From: Planctomycetota bacterium | GTDB taxonomy: Bacteria > Planctomycetota > GCA-002687715 > CAIWVZ01 | Length of the DNA stretch: 64,000 bases | Reading direction: 5' to 3' | Assembly (NCBI GenBank): GCA_044222185.1 | Contig: JBGANV010000002.1 | Coordinates: 768,001 to 832,000 of the forward strand | Shown here: positions 42,032-52,139 of the stretch, piece by piece | Layout: every line of letters begins with the position of its first letter | How positions within the stretch are numbered: position 1 is the stretch's first letter | Program-made: the position numbers and the translations under genes | Notes under the pieces: model-generated | What the model saw: only the letters and a program-made list of their open reading frames with translations | Databases searched by the model: none | What the model was told of the DNA's origin: nothing

Positions 42032-44971
42032 TCACCCGCCGCCGGGTCGGCCTCCGCCGCCACCGCCGGGTCGGCCGCCTGGACGCCCACCCCCGGGCCG
42101 GCCGTTGGGCGGTTGCGGTGCGGTGCTCTGCGGCGCCGGCGCGGCCTGGAGTTCTCGTAGAGCCGTGACGACCTTCTCGTCGACCTTCACGTGAACCTGC
42201 AACTGGCTCGAGCCCGCGGGCACCGCCGTCGTCGACAGCGGGATGGATCCCATGGTCATCGTGAACATGGACGCGAAGTTGGTGTTGCCGGCTTCCGTCA
42301 CCGATTGGCGAACCGGCGATAGCGAGATGTCCCAGTTTCCGGCCGAGAGCCCCGTGAGGGTCGCGCTCGTCGCGCCGGGCGCGACGGTCGCCGTGCGCAT
42401 GCGTCCACGGGCCCCGCCGAATGCGGGGCCGTTGCCGCCACCGCCACCGCGTCGGCCCATGCGTGCGTTCTCCGCGGGCAGCGCCGCGGGCGCCTCCGTC
42501 TGGAGCGACGCGCGGACGGTGTAGTTCGAGATGCCGTCGAGGGCCGGCAGGCCGCCGGGGATGTCGAACAGGACGCTCAGTTCGCAACCCTTGTCGAGGG
42601 TCACCCGGATCGGGAACGGCGGCTTCTCGAAGCTCTGGTCGGTGTAGCCCGCGGCGCGGACGCGCACGGTGATCGCGGCCGGGGCCTCGATGAAGGTCAT
42701 GGACGCGAGGCCGTCCTTGTCCGTCGTCTTGCGATCGCGGCCGTTGCCTCGCCAGCCGCCGGGTCCGCCACCTCCGCCGTTGTCGCCCGTGTCGAACGAG
42801 ACGTCTGCACCCTGGAACGGCTTTCCGTCGGGGGTGATCACGAGCACGTTCGCGATTAGCGCATTCGCTCCGAGGATGACAGCGGCGAGGCGGGCGTCCT
42901 GCGAGGTCTCACCCGATCGCACCTCGACACCCTCGACGATCAGGGCTTCCTGCCCGTCGTAGGTGAACTGCACGTCGTAGCGACCGGCGGCGAGATCGCG
43001 GATCTCGAATGCGGGCTTCTCCGGCCGGACCTGCGTGCGGTTGCCCGGTCCTCCGCCGAAGCGTCCTCGACGGCCACGCCCGCTCTGGTCGTTGGCGCGA
43101 TCGGCGGTGAAGACCTCGACATCCACCCGCTTCTTGAGCTCGGCGGACGCGAGTTTCACCGAGCCCGCGATGCTGCCCGTGGGCTCGACGACGATCTCCA
43201 GGTCGGTCTCTCCCTGGGCGAAGTCCTTCGGCTGCGAGCGGGCGCCGCGCGTGCGGCCGACGAGGCGCGCGCCCGTGAGTGATCCCGTCAGGTTTCCGCG
43301 CACTTCGAACCTGCCCTTGTCGTTCGTGCGGGCCGGATCCCGCAGGAGCGCGAACAGTTCGGGGTTGAAGTCCTGGATCTGTGCCAGATCGAGCGTGACC
43401 CGGGCGCCTTCCACCGGCTTGCCTGCGGACGTCTTCACGACGCCAGCGACGATCACGGGCCGGCGCGGGATCACGAGATCCTTGATGGTGACGGTGCTGC
43501 CTGCGGGAACGGCGTCGAACGCGCGCTCGAGCGCGGCCTTCGTCGGGCGATCGCCGAAGAGGTCGGGGCTCTCGGTGTCGTAGACCTTCAACGATCCCGC
43601 GACGTCGGGGGCGACGGCGATCTTCACCATCCCCGACTCGTCGGGCTCGACGGTAGTCTGGCGGCCGCCGCGGTTGAACCCGGGGCCGTTCATGCCGCGG
43701 CCGCGCGTGCGCACCGACACCTCGGTGGCGGCGGGCTCGCCCGGATCCGGCGGCAGGGTCTGCGACACCTCGTAGGCGAATGCGCCGTCGGTGATCGGAT
43801 GCCCGGCGTCGTCGACCATTCGCGCCGTCAGGTACGGTTGCTTCTTGCCGAGCTGGATCTCGAACGTCACCGACTTGGCGTCCGTCGGGATCTTGAATGC
43901 GAGGTGGCTCGCGATGCGCTCATCCGACGTGAGCGTGAAACGGCCGGAGGAGCCCGGCGCGAACCCGCCGACGACGACCTTCGTGCCGGTGAACGTGCGC
44001 TGACCGAGTCCGCCGCCGAACATGGCGCCGAATGCGCGCGGACCCGAGAGGTCGCCCTCCTGCGGAACCACGTTCCACTGGAGCGTCATCTCCTTCGGCG
44101 CCGTTTCGGATTCGGGGACCTTCACGGTGACGCGGGCCAGCACGACCGTCGGGACGTGCACCGTGGCGCGAATCGTGCCTTCCTTCGGAGCGACCGGCTC
44201 GTTCACCGGCGGAAGGCCGGGGAGCGTGGCCTGGATCGCCAGTTCGGGAGCGTCGTAGAGACTGCCATCCAGCGACGTCAGCTCGACCATCGCACGGCCT
44301 TCGGGATCGGAGGTCCACGCGGCGTGACGCGCGGGCGGTCGCATCTCGTCCGGGATCGTGGCGCGCACGCGCACGCCGGGAACGGGGCTTCCGGATGCGT
44401 CGACGACCTCCACATCCACCGACTTGATCGGCTTCAGCACGAGGCGGAACTCGCCGTTTCCGTTCGCGGCGGCCGTAGAAAGCTCGCGCGGATCGAGTTC
44501 GAGCCCGCCCACACGGCGATCGGCACGGCCCACGAGTTCGAGTTGTCGCCGGGGCATGCGATCGAGCTCGACGACTCCGGACGCGTCCGACTTGAGCGTG
44601 CGGAGCGCGCGGCGCGAAACGTCGTCGCCGTTCAAGAAGTCGATTCCGCGGAAACCGTTCATGTCACCGCGGCTGCGGAGGACGTCCACGGTTGCGTTGG
44701 CGACCGGCCGATCCTCCTCGTCGACGACGAGGACGCGCGGCGGAGCGGCTTCGGCCGGGTCGGTCGACGAGTACCTCGCGATCTCGATCTTCCCGTCGCC
44801 CGACTGCCCACCGGACGAAGGCTTGGACGGCGTCGTGAATGGCGACGGCGGCGGGGCCTCCGTGGTCGAACCGCCGCCGTGCTCCTGGCCGGAGTCGAGG
44901 AGGAGCCAGAAGGCTCCGGCCAGAGCCACGAGGACCAGCACGGCGGCGGCGGACAGAACAGGTTTCGACAT
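42032..44971 (-). CDS. Membrane-anchored protein with carboxypeptidase-regulatory-like (beta-sandwich) repeats
   Basis: N-terminal TM, repeated VVD..G.PV.GA.V...(T/S)D..G motifs, and Gly/Arg-rich inserts. Confidence 0.78.
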   Translation of the reverse strand: MSKPVLSAAAVLVLVALAGAFWLLLDSGQEHGGGSTTEAPPPSPFTTPSKPSSGGQSGDGKIEIARYSSTDPAEAAPPRVLVVDEEDRPVANATVDVLRSRGDMNGFRGIDFLNGDDVSRRALRTLKSDASGVVELDRMPRRQLELVGRADRRVGGLELDPRELSTAAANGNGEFRLVLKPIKSVDVEVVDASGSPVPGVRVRATIPDEMRPPARHAAWTSDPEGRAMVELTSLDGSLYDAPELAIQATLPGLPPVNEPVAPKEGTIRATVHVPTVVLARVTVKVPESETAPKEMTLQWNVVPQEGDLSGPRAFGAMFGGGLGQRTFTGTKVVVGGFAPGSSGRFTLTSDERIASHLAFKIPTDAKSVTFEIQLGKKQPYLTARMVDDAGHPITDGAFAYEVSQTLPPDPGEPAATEVSVRTRGRGMNGPGFNRGGRQTTVEPDESGMVKIAVAPDVAGSLKVYDTESPDLFGDRPTKAALERAFDAVPAGSTVTIKDLVIPRRPVIVAGVVKTSAGKPVEGARVTLDLAQIQDFNPELFALLRDPARTNDKGRFEVRGNLTGSLTGARLVGRTRGARSQPKDFAQGETDLEIVVEPTGSIAGSVKLASAELKKRVDVEVFTADRANDQSGRGRRGRFGGGPGNRTQVRPEKPAFEIRDLAAGRYDVQFTYDGQEALIVEGVEVRSGETSQDARLAAVILGANALIANVLVITPDGKPFQGADVSFDTGDNGGGGGPGGWRGNGRDRKTTDKDGLASMTFIEAPAAITVRVRAAGYTDQSFEKPPFPIRVTLDKGCELSVLFDIPGGLPALDGISNYTVRASLQTEAPAALPAENARMGRRGGGGGNGPAFGGARGRMRTATVAPGATSATLTGLSAGNWDISLSPVRQSVTEAGNTNFASMFTMTMGSIPLSTTAVPAGSSQLQVHVKVDEKVVTALRELQAAPAPQSTAPQPPNGRPGGGRPGGRPGGGGGGRPGGG

Positions 44972-45220
44972 GGCGTGACCTTACGCGGGGCTCAGGGCAA
45001 CTTCGAAATGGGGTCGAACCTCGTGGGCTCCTCGGGAACAGGACGTGGCAGGGAGCTGGCTCCTCAGGAAGTCAACGCACGGCCGGCCCGAGTTTTTCGC
45101 CGGTCTGGCTGCCGTCGGCGGGGGGCGCAGGACCGACGCCGTGCCTGTCCCGGGTATTCAGGCGATGCCTGCAAGTCGTTCATCGGCCGAGTGTTATGGG
45201 TCAGGCGCGCGTCGGATCCT

Positions 45221-46882
45221 TCAGCGGCTTTCCGCCCCGCCGCTCGTCGCCCCGGACGACGGTGGCGTGAGGCCCGCGAGCCGGGAGTCGGCGCAGGGTT
45301 TCCCGCCTTCGACGACGACGTTGCCAACCGGCGCCTCGGCACCCGACGCCAAGAGGACCACCCGCCACGTCCCCGGCGGAACGTGAGGGAAGGCGAACGT
45401 CCCGTCCGGCTGGACGCGCGTCGACGCGTAGCGGGGCCCTGCGGGGATCCGAAGTTCGACGTGAACGGGCTCGGCGGGCGGCCGGGCGAGGAACCCGTGC
45501 ACGGAACCCGCCTGGGCGACCTGCACTGTGACGGCGGCACCCCCTGGTCGGACCGGTTCGGGCGACCTCCAGGCCCCGTTCTCCGTGAGGGCGAACAGCT
45601 CGCACGCGCCCATGGACGCGGGGACGCGCAGTTCGAAGTGTCCCTGTGGGTCTGGCCTCACGCGACGCGCACCGGCGTTGGGGTCCAGGGGAATCGCGAG
45701 CACCGTCGCCGCGGAAGGGTCGCCCCCATCCGGAAGAGCCAGGGTGCCGGACACGAGCACGATCTCCCGCTCGAGCTTCAACGAACCGAGGTCCCAGGTC
45801 GCCCCCGCATCGAGCCGTCGGGACTCGAAGACGAACGGGGCCGCGTCTTCGCCAGACTGGGCGGCGGTCGCGCGGACTTCCATCAGGAGGTCGGCGCCCG
45901 ACTCCACGGTGAAGTCGAAGGAACCGTCGCGTGCCGTGCGCGTGCGGGAAGTTCCCGCGACCTTCGGGTCGTCGATGCGGCGGAACACCGAGAGCGTGAT
46001 CTCGCGGTCGCTCGCGGCGCTTCCATCGGTGAAGAGCAACCGACCGATGACGTGGGCGATGCCGGGAAGGACGGTCACCGGTGCCGTGCGCCGTGAGTCC
46101 GCCGTCCTTGGAACGTCGATCGTGGCAGTGCTCGGCGGGTGACCGCGAGGCTCGACGCGCAGCTCGAGCCTTCGGCCGGGCAGGAGACCGCCGACTGCGG
46201 CGAGCCCGTTCTTCGCCGTCGTCACGAGGAGCTCGGACCACGCGGGCCGCGACTCGCCGCTCCCGGACGCCGCGTCCCGCGCCTCGATGAGGACCTCGCC
46301 GTCGAAGGGTCGTCCGTCGGCGTCTCGAAGGTCGAGGTCCACGACCGGACGGGGTTCGGCGACGAGTGTCACACGTGTTTCATTTGCGCTCACCTGCGGC
46401 GCGGGCACCTTTGCTTCCGCGGGAATCGCCGCGTCCTCGTCGAGGAACGCCACGAGTCCACCCGACCGGAGGTCCGGTTCGAACGTCCGAGAGATGGCGA
46501 TCTGGGCCACGCCATCCGCGGCCGTTGCAGCGATCGCGAACGCGGCCGTGCGCTCGTCGCGCTCGCGACGCAGGCTCACGCGCCGATGGGGGAGCGCATC
46601 TCCCGACCGCGTCTGCACGCGAACGAGCACGAGCGCGCGGGCCTCGGGATCACGCAGGAAGCGCAGTCCTTTTCCGCCGAATCGCGCCGGCCGCGCCGAA
46701 CGATCGTCGATCGGCGCACCCTTCGCGGACGCGTCGCCCTCGCGCCCGGCGCCCGTGCCGGACCCCAGCCAGCCCCCGCCCCCGCCGATGTACTGACTCC
46801 ACGTCGCCCATGCAGCGGCCAGTGCCAGGAGCCACAGCGTGCTCCGTCCCAGGAGAGATCCCGGTTTCTTCTTCTCGGCCAT
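45221..46882 (-). CDS. Membrane-anchored carboxypeptidase-regulatory-like repeat protein
   Basis: N-terminal TM, T..DG.F.F repeats, DGTFAFPHVPPGTWRV. Confidence 0.72.
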   Translation of the reverse strand: MAEKKKPGSLLGRSTLWLLALAAAWATWSQYIGGGGGWLGSGTGAGREGDASAKGAPIDDRSARPARFGGKGLRFLRDPEARALVLVRVQTRSGDALPHRRVSLRRERDERTAAFAIAATAADGVAQIAISRTFEPDLRSGGLVAFLDEDAAIPAEAKVPAPQVSANETRVTLVAEPRPVVDLDLRDADGRPFDGEVLIEARDAASGSGESRPAWSELLVTTAKNGLAAVGGLLPGRRLELRVEPRGHPPSTATIDVPRTADSRRTAPVTVLPGIAHVIGRLLFTDGSAASDREITLSVFRRIDDPKVAGTSRTRTARDGSFDFTVESGADLLMEVRATAAQSGEDAAPFVFESRRLDAGATWDLGSLKLEREIVLVSGTLALPDGGDPSAATVLAIPLDPNAGARRVRPDPQGHFELRVPASMGACELFALTENGAWRSPEPVRPGGAAVTVQVAQAGSVHGFLARPPAEPVHVELRIPAGPRYASTRVQPDGTFAFPHVPPGTWRVVLLASGAEAPVGNVVVEGGKPCADSRLAGLTPPSSGATSGGAESR

Positions 46883-47008
46883 CGTTCACGCTCCCCGATC
46901 GGATGTCGTCGCGTCGGTGGCGACCCGCATGCGCGAGTCGTCACGCTCGACGTCAACAAAAACCGCAATTGCCGGACACTGTAAGCCGGAACTCCCCGCG
47001 ATTTTGAT

Positions 47009-47036
47009 TTGTCCACGGGAAAAACGCCCTTAGACT
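47009..47036 (+). promoter_or_regulatory. Candidate sigma70-type promoter for the secreted paralog array
   Basis: TTGTCC-N16-TAGACT in an AT-richer stretch between divergent genes. Confidence 0.35.
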
Positions 47037-47181
47037 CCGCGCCGCGAGGAAACGTCCACGAGCGCCCCGGGGTCCATCCGGCGGTCGCATGATTCGGACA
47101 GGAGACCCTCGCGACCCTGTGCGGCGGACCGAGCGTTCCGACGCCCGAGAAACCACCGCCCACCCCCGTTCGGAGTCTTGC

Positions 47182-48444
47182 ATGAAGTTCGCGATCTCGC
47201 TGTTTGTCTGCACGTCCGTTCTCTTCGCCCAGGCACCCGTGAACGACGGGTGCGCCGCGGCGACACAGCTGACCCCCGGTGACTCATACGGCACCCTCGC
47301 GGGCGCCACTCCGAGCACGGGCATCCCGGCATGCGCCGGCTTCGACGGGACGCGCCCGGACGTCTGGTACGTCATCACCGTACCCACGTCCTGCCGCCTG
47401 ACCCTGCAGGTGTCCGCGACGGTCTTCGTCGGCCAGATCGCCGTCTACACCGGTGGGTGTGGCACGCTGTCGCCGGTCACGTGTGGCACGAACGTCACGC
47501 TCAATGCCGCGGCGAACACCAACTACCGGGTCCGCGTCACGAGCAACTCGGCCAGCGTGGGATTGTTCAAGCTGGCGTGCTTCTGCGAACTCCCCGTGAC
47601 GAACGACAACTGCTCGACCGCCATCCCGGTCGTCGACGGCACGAATCCGGTGGCGCCCTTCGGCCACTCGGGCAACCTGTTCAGCAACTTCGGTGCGACG
47701 AACTCCGCCGGCTACGCGGACACCTGCGCCGGAGCCGGGCACCCGGGCACGAACGACGTGTTTTTCACCTACGTCGCCAGCTGCTCGGCCGTCACCATCG
47801 ACACCTGCACGCCCGACGGGTTCCTGCCCGGAACGCTCGGGGACACGATCCTCTCGGTGTATCCGATCAACGCCTGCGGCGCGCCGCTGCCGCTCCCGGC
47901 ACCGATCGCGTGCAACGATGACGGCGCCTGCTCGCCGACGCTTTCGCGCGTCGCGTTCCAAACGACGCTCGGGGCCACGTACCTGATCCGCGTCTCGTCG
48001 TGGGTCGCGAACACGACGGGCGGTTTCTACCTCAACGTGCACGCCGCAGCCGCGTTCCCCACCGGCGTGGGTTGCAACGGCATCGCCGGGGCGAATCCGT
48101 CGCTGACCAGCACGGCTCCCGTCGTCAATCAGGAGATCACGATGAACATCTCGGGCGTGGCGCCGAATTCGCCCGCCGTGCTGTTCATCTCGTACTGTCG
48201 CGCCGGGTTGCCGATCCAGGTCGGCGGCTCGTGCCTTCTCTATCTCGAGGTGCAGACCCCGGTGTTCCAGGGGCTCACGCCGTTCTTCACGGACGCGACG
48301 GGGCACGCCACGCTGAGCGCGGTCATTCCCCCGATTCCGGAGTTCCAGTGCAAGGCCGGTTGCGCGCAGGTCGTCGTCGCGCCGTCGGGCGGTTCGCCGC
48401 TCTACCAGATGACGAATGCGGTGCAGCTGTTCCTCGGCGGTTGA
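47182..48444 (+). CDS. Secreted Cys-rich protein with two NDxC (pre-peptidase/PPC-like) modules, paralog 1
   Basis: Signal peptide, PVNDGC...DVWY, TNDNC...DVFF...IDTC...DT...ACNDD...YLIRVS, and a C-terminal module. Confidence 0.8.
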   Translation: MKFAISLFVCTSVLFAQAPVNDGCAAATQLTPGDSYGTLAGATPSTGIPACAGFDGTRPDVWYVITVPTSCRLTLQVSATVFVGQIAVYTGGCGTLSPVTCGTNVTLNAAANTNYRVRVTSNSASVGLFKLACFCELPVTNDNCSTAIPVVDGTNPVAPFGHSGNLFSNFGATNSAGYADTCAGAGHPGTNDVFFTYVASCSAVTIDTCTPDGFLPGTLGDTILSVYPINACGAPLPLPAPIACNDDGACSPTLSRVAFQTTLGATYLIRVSSWVANTTGGFYLNVHAAAAFPTGVGCNGIAGANPSLTSTAPVVNQEITMNISGVAPNSPAVLFISYCRAGLPIQVGGSCLLYLEVQTPVFQGLTPFFTDATGHATLSAVIPPIPEFQCKAGCAQVVVAPSGGSPLYQMTNAVQLFLGG

Positions 48445-48520
48445 TCGGAATTCCAGACCATGTGTATCCAACCGCGGCGAGGCCACGGCCTCGCGGCGGG
48501 TTCGTGAAGGAGACGGAACG

Positions 48521-49774
48521 ATGAAGCGTGCGGTTTTCTGCCTGTGTGTCCTCACCATCGGAGTGCTTGCCCAGGCTCCGATCAACGATGGCTGCGCCAG
48601 CCCGGCCGGCCTGACTCCCGGTGATCTCTTCGGAACTCTCGTCGGCGCCACGACGGACGCTGGCAACTTCGGTTGCGCGACGGTCGGCGTGAAGCCGGAC
48701 GTCTGGTACGTGTTCAATCGCCCGACGAGCGTCCGCTTGACGGTCGTGGCCGATTCCAGCGTGTTTCAGCCGATCGTGGCGATCTACACGGGAACGTGCG
48801 GAGCGCTGACTGCCGTCGCGTGCGGCGGCGCCTCGGTGACGCTCGTCACGACCCCGAACGTCAACTACCTCGTGCGCGTGACCAGTGCGACGTCGAGCCT
48901 GGGCGTCTTCAAGCTCAGCACGTTCGCGGAGGTCCTCGCGACGAACGACGACTGCTCGGGCGCGCTCCCCATCCACGACGGGCTGAACCCGGGCGTGGGG
49001 GAGAGCGGGTACCTGTTCTCGAACGTCGGCGCGACCAACTCGAGCGTCTTCGCGGACACCTGCGCCGGCGCGGGCCACCCGGGCGGGAGGGACGTGTTCT
49101 TCGTCTACACGGCCACCTGCGCCGCGGCGACGATCGACACCTGCACCCCGAACGGCTTCCTCCCGGGTTCCCTCGAGAACACCATCGTCTCGATCTATCC
49201 GATCACGGCATGCGTTCCGAGCGGACCGCCGCCGGCGGCACTCGCGTGCAACGACAACGGCGATTGCCAGCCGGGCAGCTCGCGCGTGTCGTTCCACACG
49301 ACACCCGGGACGCAGTATCTCGTCCGCGTTTCGTCCTTCGTGACGGCGTCGAGCGGGTCGTTCTACCTGACCGTGCACGGCGCCGCGACGTTCTCTGCGG
49401 GGCCTGGCTGTGGTCTTCCGGGCCTGGGCTCCCCGCAGCTCAGGTCGTCGACGCCCGTGACGGGTGAGTTCGCGACGATCCGCGTGAGCGGGTTCTCGCC
49501 GAACAGCCCGGGCGGACTCTTCATCGCGTACTGCCTCGGGACGCCCGTGTCCGTCAATGGCTGCCCGCTCTACCTCGACACGTCCGCGGTGAACTTCGAG
49601 CTCGTCGCACCGTTCGTGACGGACTCGCAGGGTGCGGCGGTGTTCTCGGGCCTCGTTCCCGCGATCCCCGAGTTCCAGTGCAAGTTCGTCTGCACGCAGG
49701 CGGCCGTGATCGCCAACTCGGTGTTCTCCTCCCTTCAGCTCTCGAACGGACTCGCCGTCTACTTCGGCGGATGA
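48521..49774 (+). CDS. Secreted NDxC-module protein, paralog 2
   Basis: AAGGAG RBS. Collinear with paralog 1, including the shared ADTCAGAGHPG. Confidence 0.8.
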   Translation: MKRAVFCLCVLTIGVLAQAPINDGCASPAGLTPGDLFGTLVGATTDAGNFGCATVGVKPDVWYVFNRPTSVRLTVVADSSVFQPIVAIYTGTCGALTAVACGGASVTLVTTPNVNYLVRVTSATSSLGVFKLSTFAEVLATNDDCSGALPIHDGLNPGVGESGYLFSNVGATNSSVFADTCAGAGHPGGRDVFFVYTATCAAATIDTCTPNGFLPGSLENTIVSIYPITACVPSGPPPAALACNDNGDCQPGSSRVSFHTTPGTQYLVRVSSFVTASSGSFYLTVHGAATFSAGPGCGLPGLGSPQLRSSTPVTGEFATIRVSGFSPNSPGGLFIAYCLGTPVSVNGCPLYLDTSAVNFELVAPFVTDSQGAAVFSGLVPAIPEFQCKFVCTQAAVIANSVFSSLQLSNGLAVYFGG

Positions 49775-49880
49775 TCGATCGCTGTCCGGTGCGGCCGCGT
49801 TCGCAGTGTCGATGTTCGGCACGTTGACGCGGCCGAGTCGCCCGTTTCTTCGCATCCCATGACCCTCAAGGAGCCATTCG

Positions 49881-51158
49881 ATGTTGCGCATGCTTTCGTG
49901 CGTCGCCGTCCTCGCTGCCCTCGCGTTCTCGCAAGCGCCAGCGAACGACCTGTGTTCGAACGCATTCCCGCTGTTCGCGGGTGAGACCTACGGTGATCTG
50001 CGCAACGCCACGCCGACGGCGGCCGGCGGCATGGGATGCTCGACGGGGTTCGGATCCACGCGCCCGGACGTCTGGTATGTCTTCAACTCGCCGACGGCGT
50101 GTCAGTTGAGCGTCACGGGCTTCGGCGGCGGATTCACCACTCGGCTCGCCATCTACACCGGAACGTGCGGAACGATGACGTCGGTTTCGTGCGGCACGTC
50201 GGGCGGGACCGTGTCGACGTTCGCGTCGGCGAACACGAATTACTTCGTGCGCGTCGTCAGCACCAACAGTTCGCTCGGCAACTTCAAGCTCGACACGTAC
50301 TGCACGCTCCCCGTCGGCAACGACGATTGCTCGACGGCGACTCCGGTGTTCGACGGGACGAATCCCGGCGCGCCGCACGGCACGAGCGGCTACGTCTACA
50401 CGAACTCCGGCGCGACGAGCTCCGCCACCTTCGCCGACACGTGCGGCGGTTCGGGGCACCCGGGATCGTTCGACGTGTTCTTCGTCTACGTGGCGACCTG
50501 CAACGCCGTGACCGTCGAAACCTGCGTTCCGAAGGGGTTCCTGTCCGGAACGCTCGGCGACACGATGCTGTCGATCTACGACATCTCGACCTGTGCGACG
50601 GCATCGCACACGGCGCTCGACTGCAATGACGACGACAATCTGGACTGCACGCCGAAGGCTTCGCGTGTGTCGATCCACACCATCGTCGGACACGCCTATC
50701 TGATTCGCGTTTCGTCCTACGCCACGAATCAGACGGGCAGCTTCTACCTCACCGTGCACGCCGCGGGCACGTTCCCGACCGGCCCGGGCTGCCACGGCAT
50801 CTCGGGCGCGACCCCGACGCTCGCGGGCACGACGCCGATCATGGGGCAGGACGCCACGGTTCTCATTTCCGGGTTTGCGCCGAACGCGCCTGGCGTGCTG
50901 TTCGTCTCGAACTGCGCTGGCACACCCATCGACATCGGGAGCGGCTGCTCGCTCTACCTCGATCCGAATTCACCGGTCTTCCAGGCCCTCGTTCCGTTCG
51001 TGACGAACGGGAACGGTGAGGCCACCTTCTCCGGGACCGTTCCGCAGATCCCGGAATTCCAATGCAAGAACGTCTGCGCGCAGGCGGTCGTCGTGCCGGC
51101 TGGCGGGAATCCCGCCTACCAGCTCTCGAACGGCCTCGCGCTGTTCTTCGGACCGTGA
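49881..51158 (+). CDS. Secreted NDxC-module protein, paralog 3
   Basis: AAGGAG RBS. Collinear with paralogs 1 and 2. Confidence 0.8.
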   Translation: MLRMLSCVAVLAALAFSQAPANDLCSNAFPLFAGETYGDLRNATPTAAGGMGCSTGFGSTRPDVWYVFNSPTACQLSVTGFGGGFTTRLAIYTGTCGTMTSVSCGTSGGTVSTFASANTNYFVRVVSTNSSLGNFKLDTYCTLPVGNDDCSTATPVFDGTNPGAPHGTSGYVYTNSGATSSATFADTCGGSGHPGSFDVFFVYVATCNAVTVETCVPKGFLSGTLGDTMLSIYDISTCATASHTALDCNDDDNLDCTPKASRVSIHTIVGHAYLIRVSSYATNQTGSFYLTVHAAGTFPTGPGCHGISGATPTLAGTTPIMGQDATVLISGFAPNAPGVLFVSNCAGTPIDIGSGCSLYLDPNSPVFQALVPFVTNGNGEATFSGTVPQIPEFQCKNVCAQAVVVPAGGNPAYQLSNGLALFFGP

Positions 51159-51257
51159 CCGGCGCGCGCCCGACGGACGGACGCTCCCGCGCGTCCGTCC
51201 TCGGGGGTTGCGCGAGAGCCCTCGCGTCGAGCGGTCCGTGTGCCTCTGCGGTCTTCG

Positions 51258-51925
51258 ATGCGCGCGAGTGTGATTGCGGCGCTGCCGTGGGTGGGCGCGA
51301 TCCGGGGCCAGGTGCTCGGCAATGACCAGTGTTCGAGTGCGGTTCCGCGTCTCCCTGGAACGACGGTCGGCCGACTGACGAGCGCCACGCCGACGGCGCA
51401 GGGCGGACTCGCGCGCGTTCGCGGTCTCGATTCGACGCGACCGCACGTGTGGTACGTCGTGACGCCCGTCATCGCGTGCGCGGTATCGACCTCAGGTGAA
51501 CGGGGGCGCACTCCCAGCCCCGTATCGCGATCGACTCGGGTACTTTCGGGCCCTCGACACCGGCTGCACGCGGCGGCGCGGTCGTCTCGACGCGCATGAT
51601 CGCGAACACGACCGCCGGCGCCCGCGTCGTTCCGTCGCGGGCCGCGCTCCGGGGGATCTCAGCTCGACGTCGATTGCATGCCCCCGCATCCAACGCGTCG
51701 TGTGCGACGCCGATCACCGTCGTGAACGGGATGAGTGCCGCAGCAGGCGATCGCGTGCGCGCGGTGGTATCCACGAGCGTCGGCGCGAGCGAGTCACCCG
51801 GCTTCGCGAATCCGTGTCGTGCGGGAGGATGCCCTGGGCACCACGACGCCCCCTGTCACGCACCTCGACCGGTTCGCGGTGAATCTGCAGGTCGGCGGAA
51901 CATTGGTGACGGGTGCGGGAGGCAC
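51258..51925 (+). pseudogene. Decayed fourth NDxC paralog
   Basis: GNDQCSSA...ATPTAQGG...STRPHVWYV, then in other frames SNASCATPITVVNG...SVGASESPGFANPCRAGGCPGHHD and VNLQVGGTLVTGAG. Frameshifts and deletions; end point approximate. Confidence 0.7.
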
Positions 51926-52139
51926 GCCATTCTTGCGCTCTTCGTTCCGCTCCTCGCCGAACCGTTCAGCATGACCGACTGCATGCAGGCCGTCATCCTT
52001 CCGCTGAGTGAGGTTCCACTGGTGCAGATCGTGCGCGTCGTGCGACTCTTCTTCGTCCTGTGAAGGATCCGCTTCACGGGGGTTGCCAAGCGAGGGGCCA
52101 TGTCAGGTAAGCTGGCGCCTCATCTTGGAGACCCCACTC

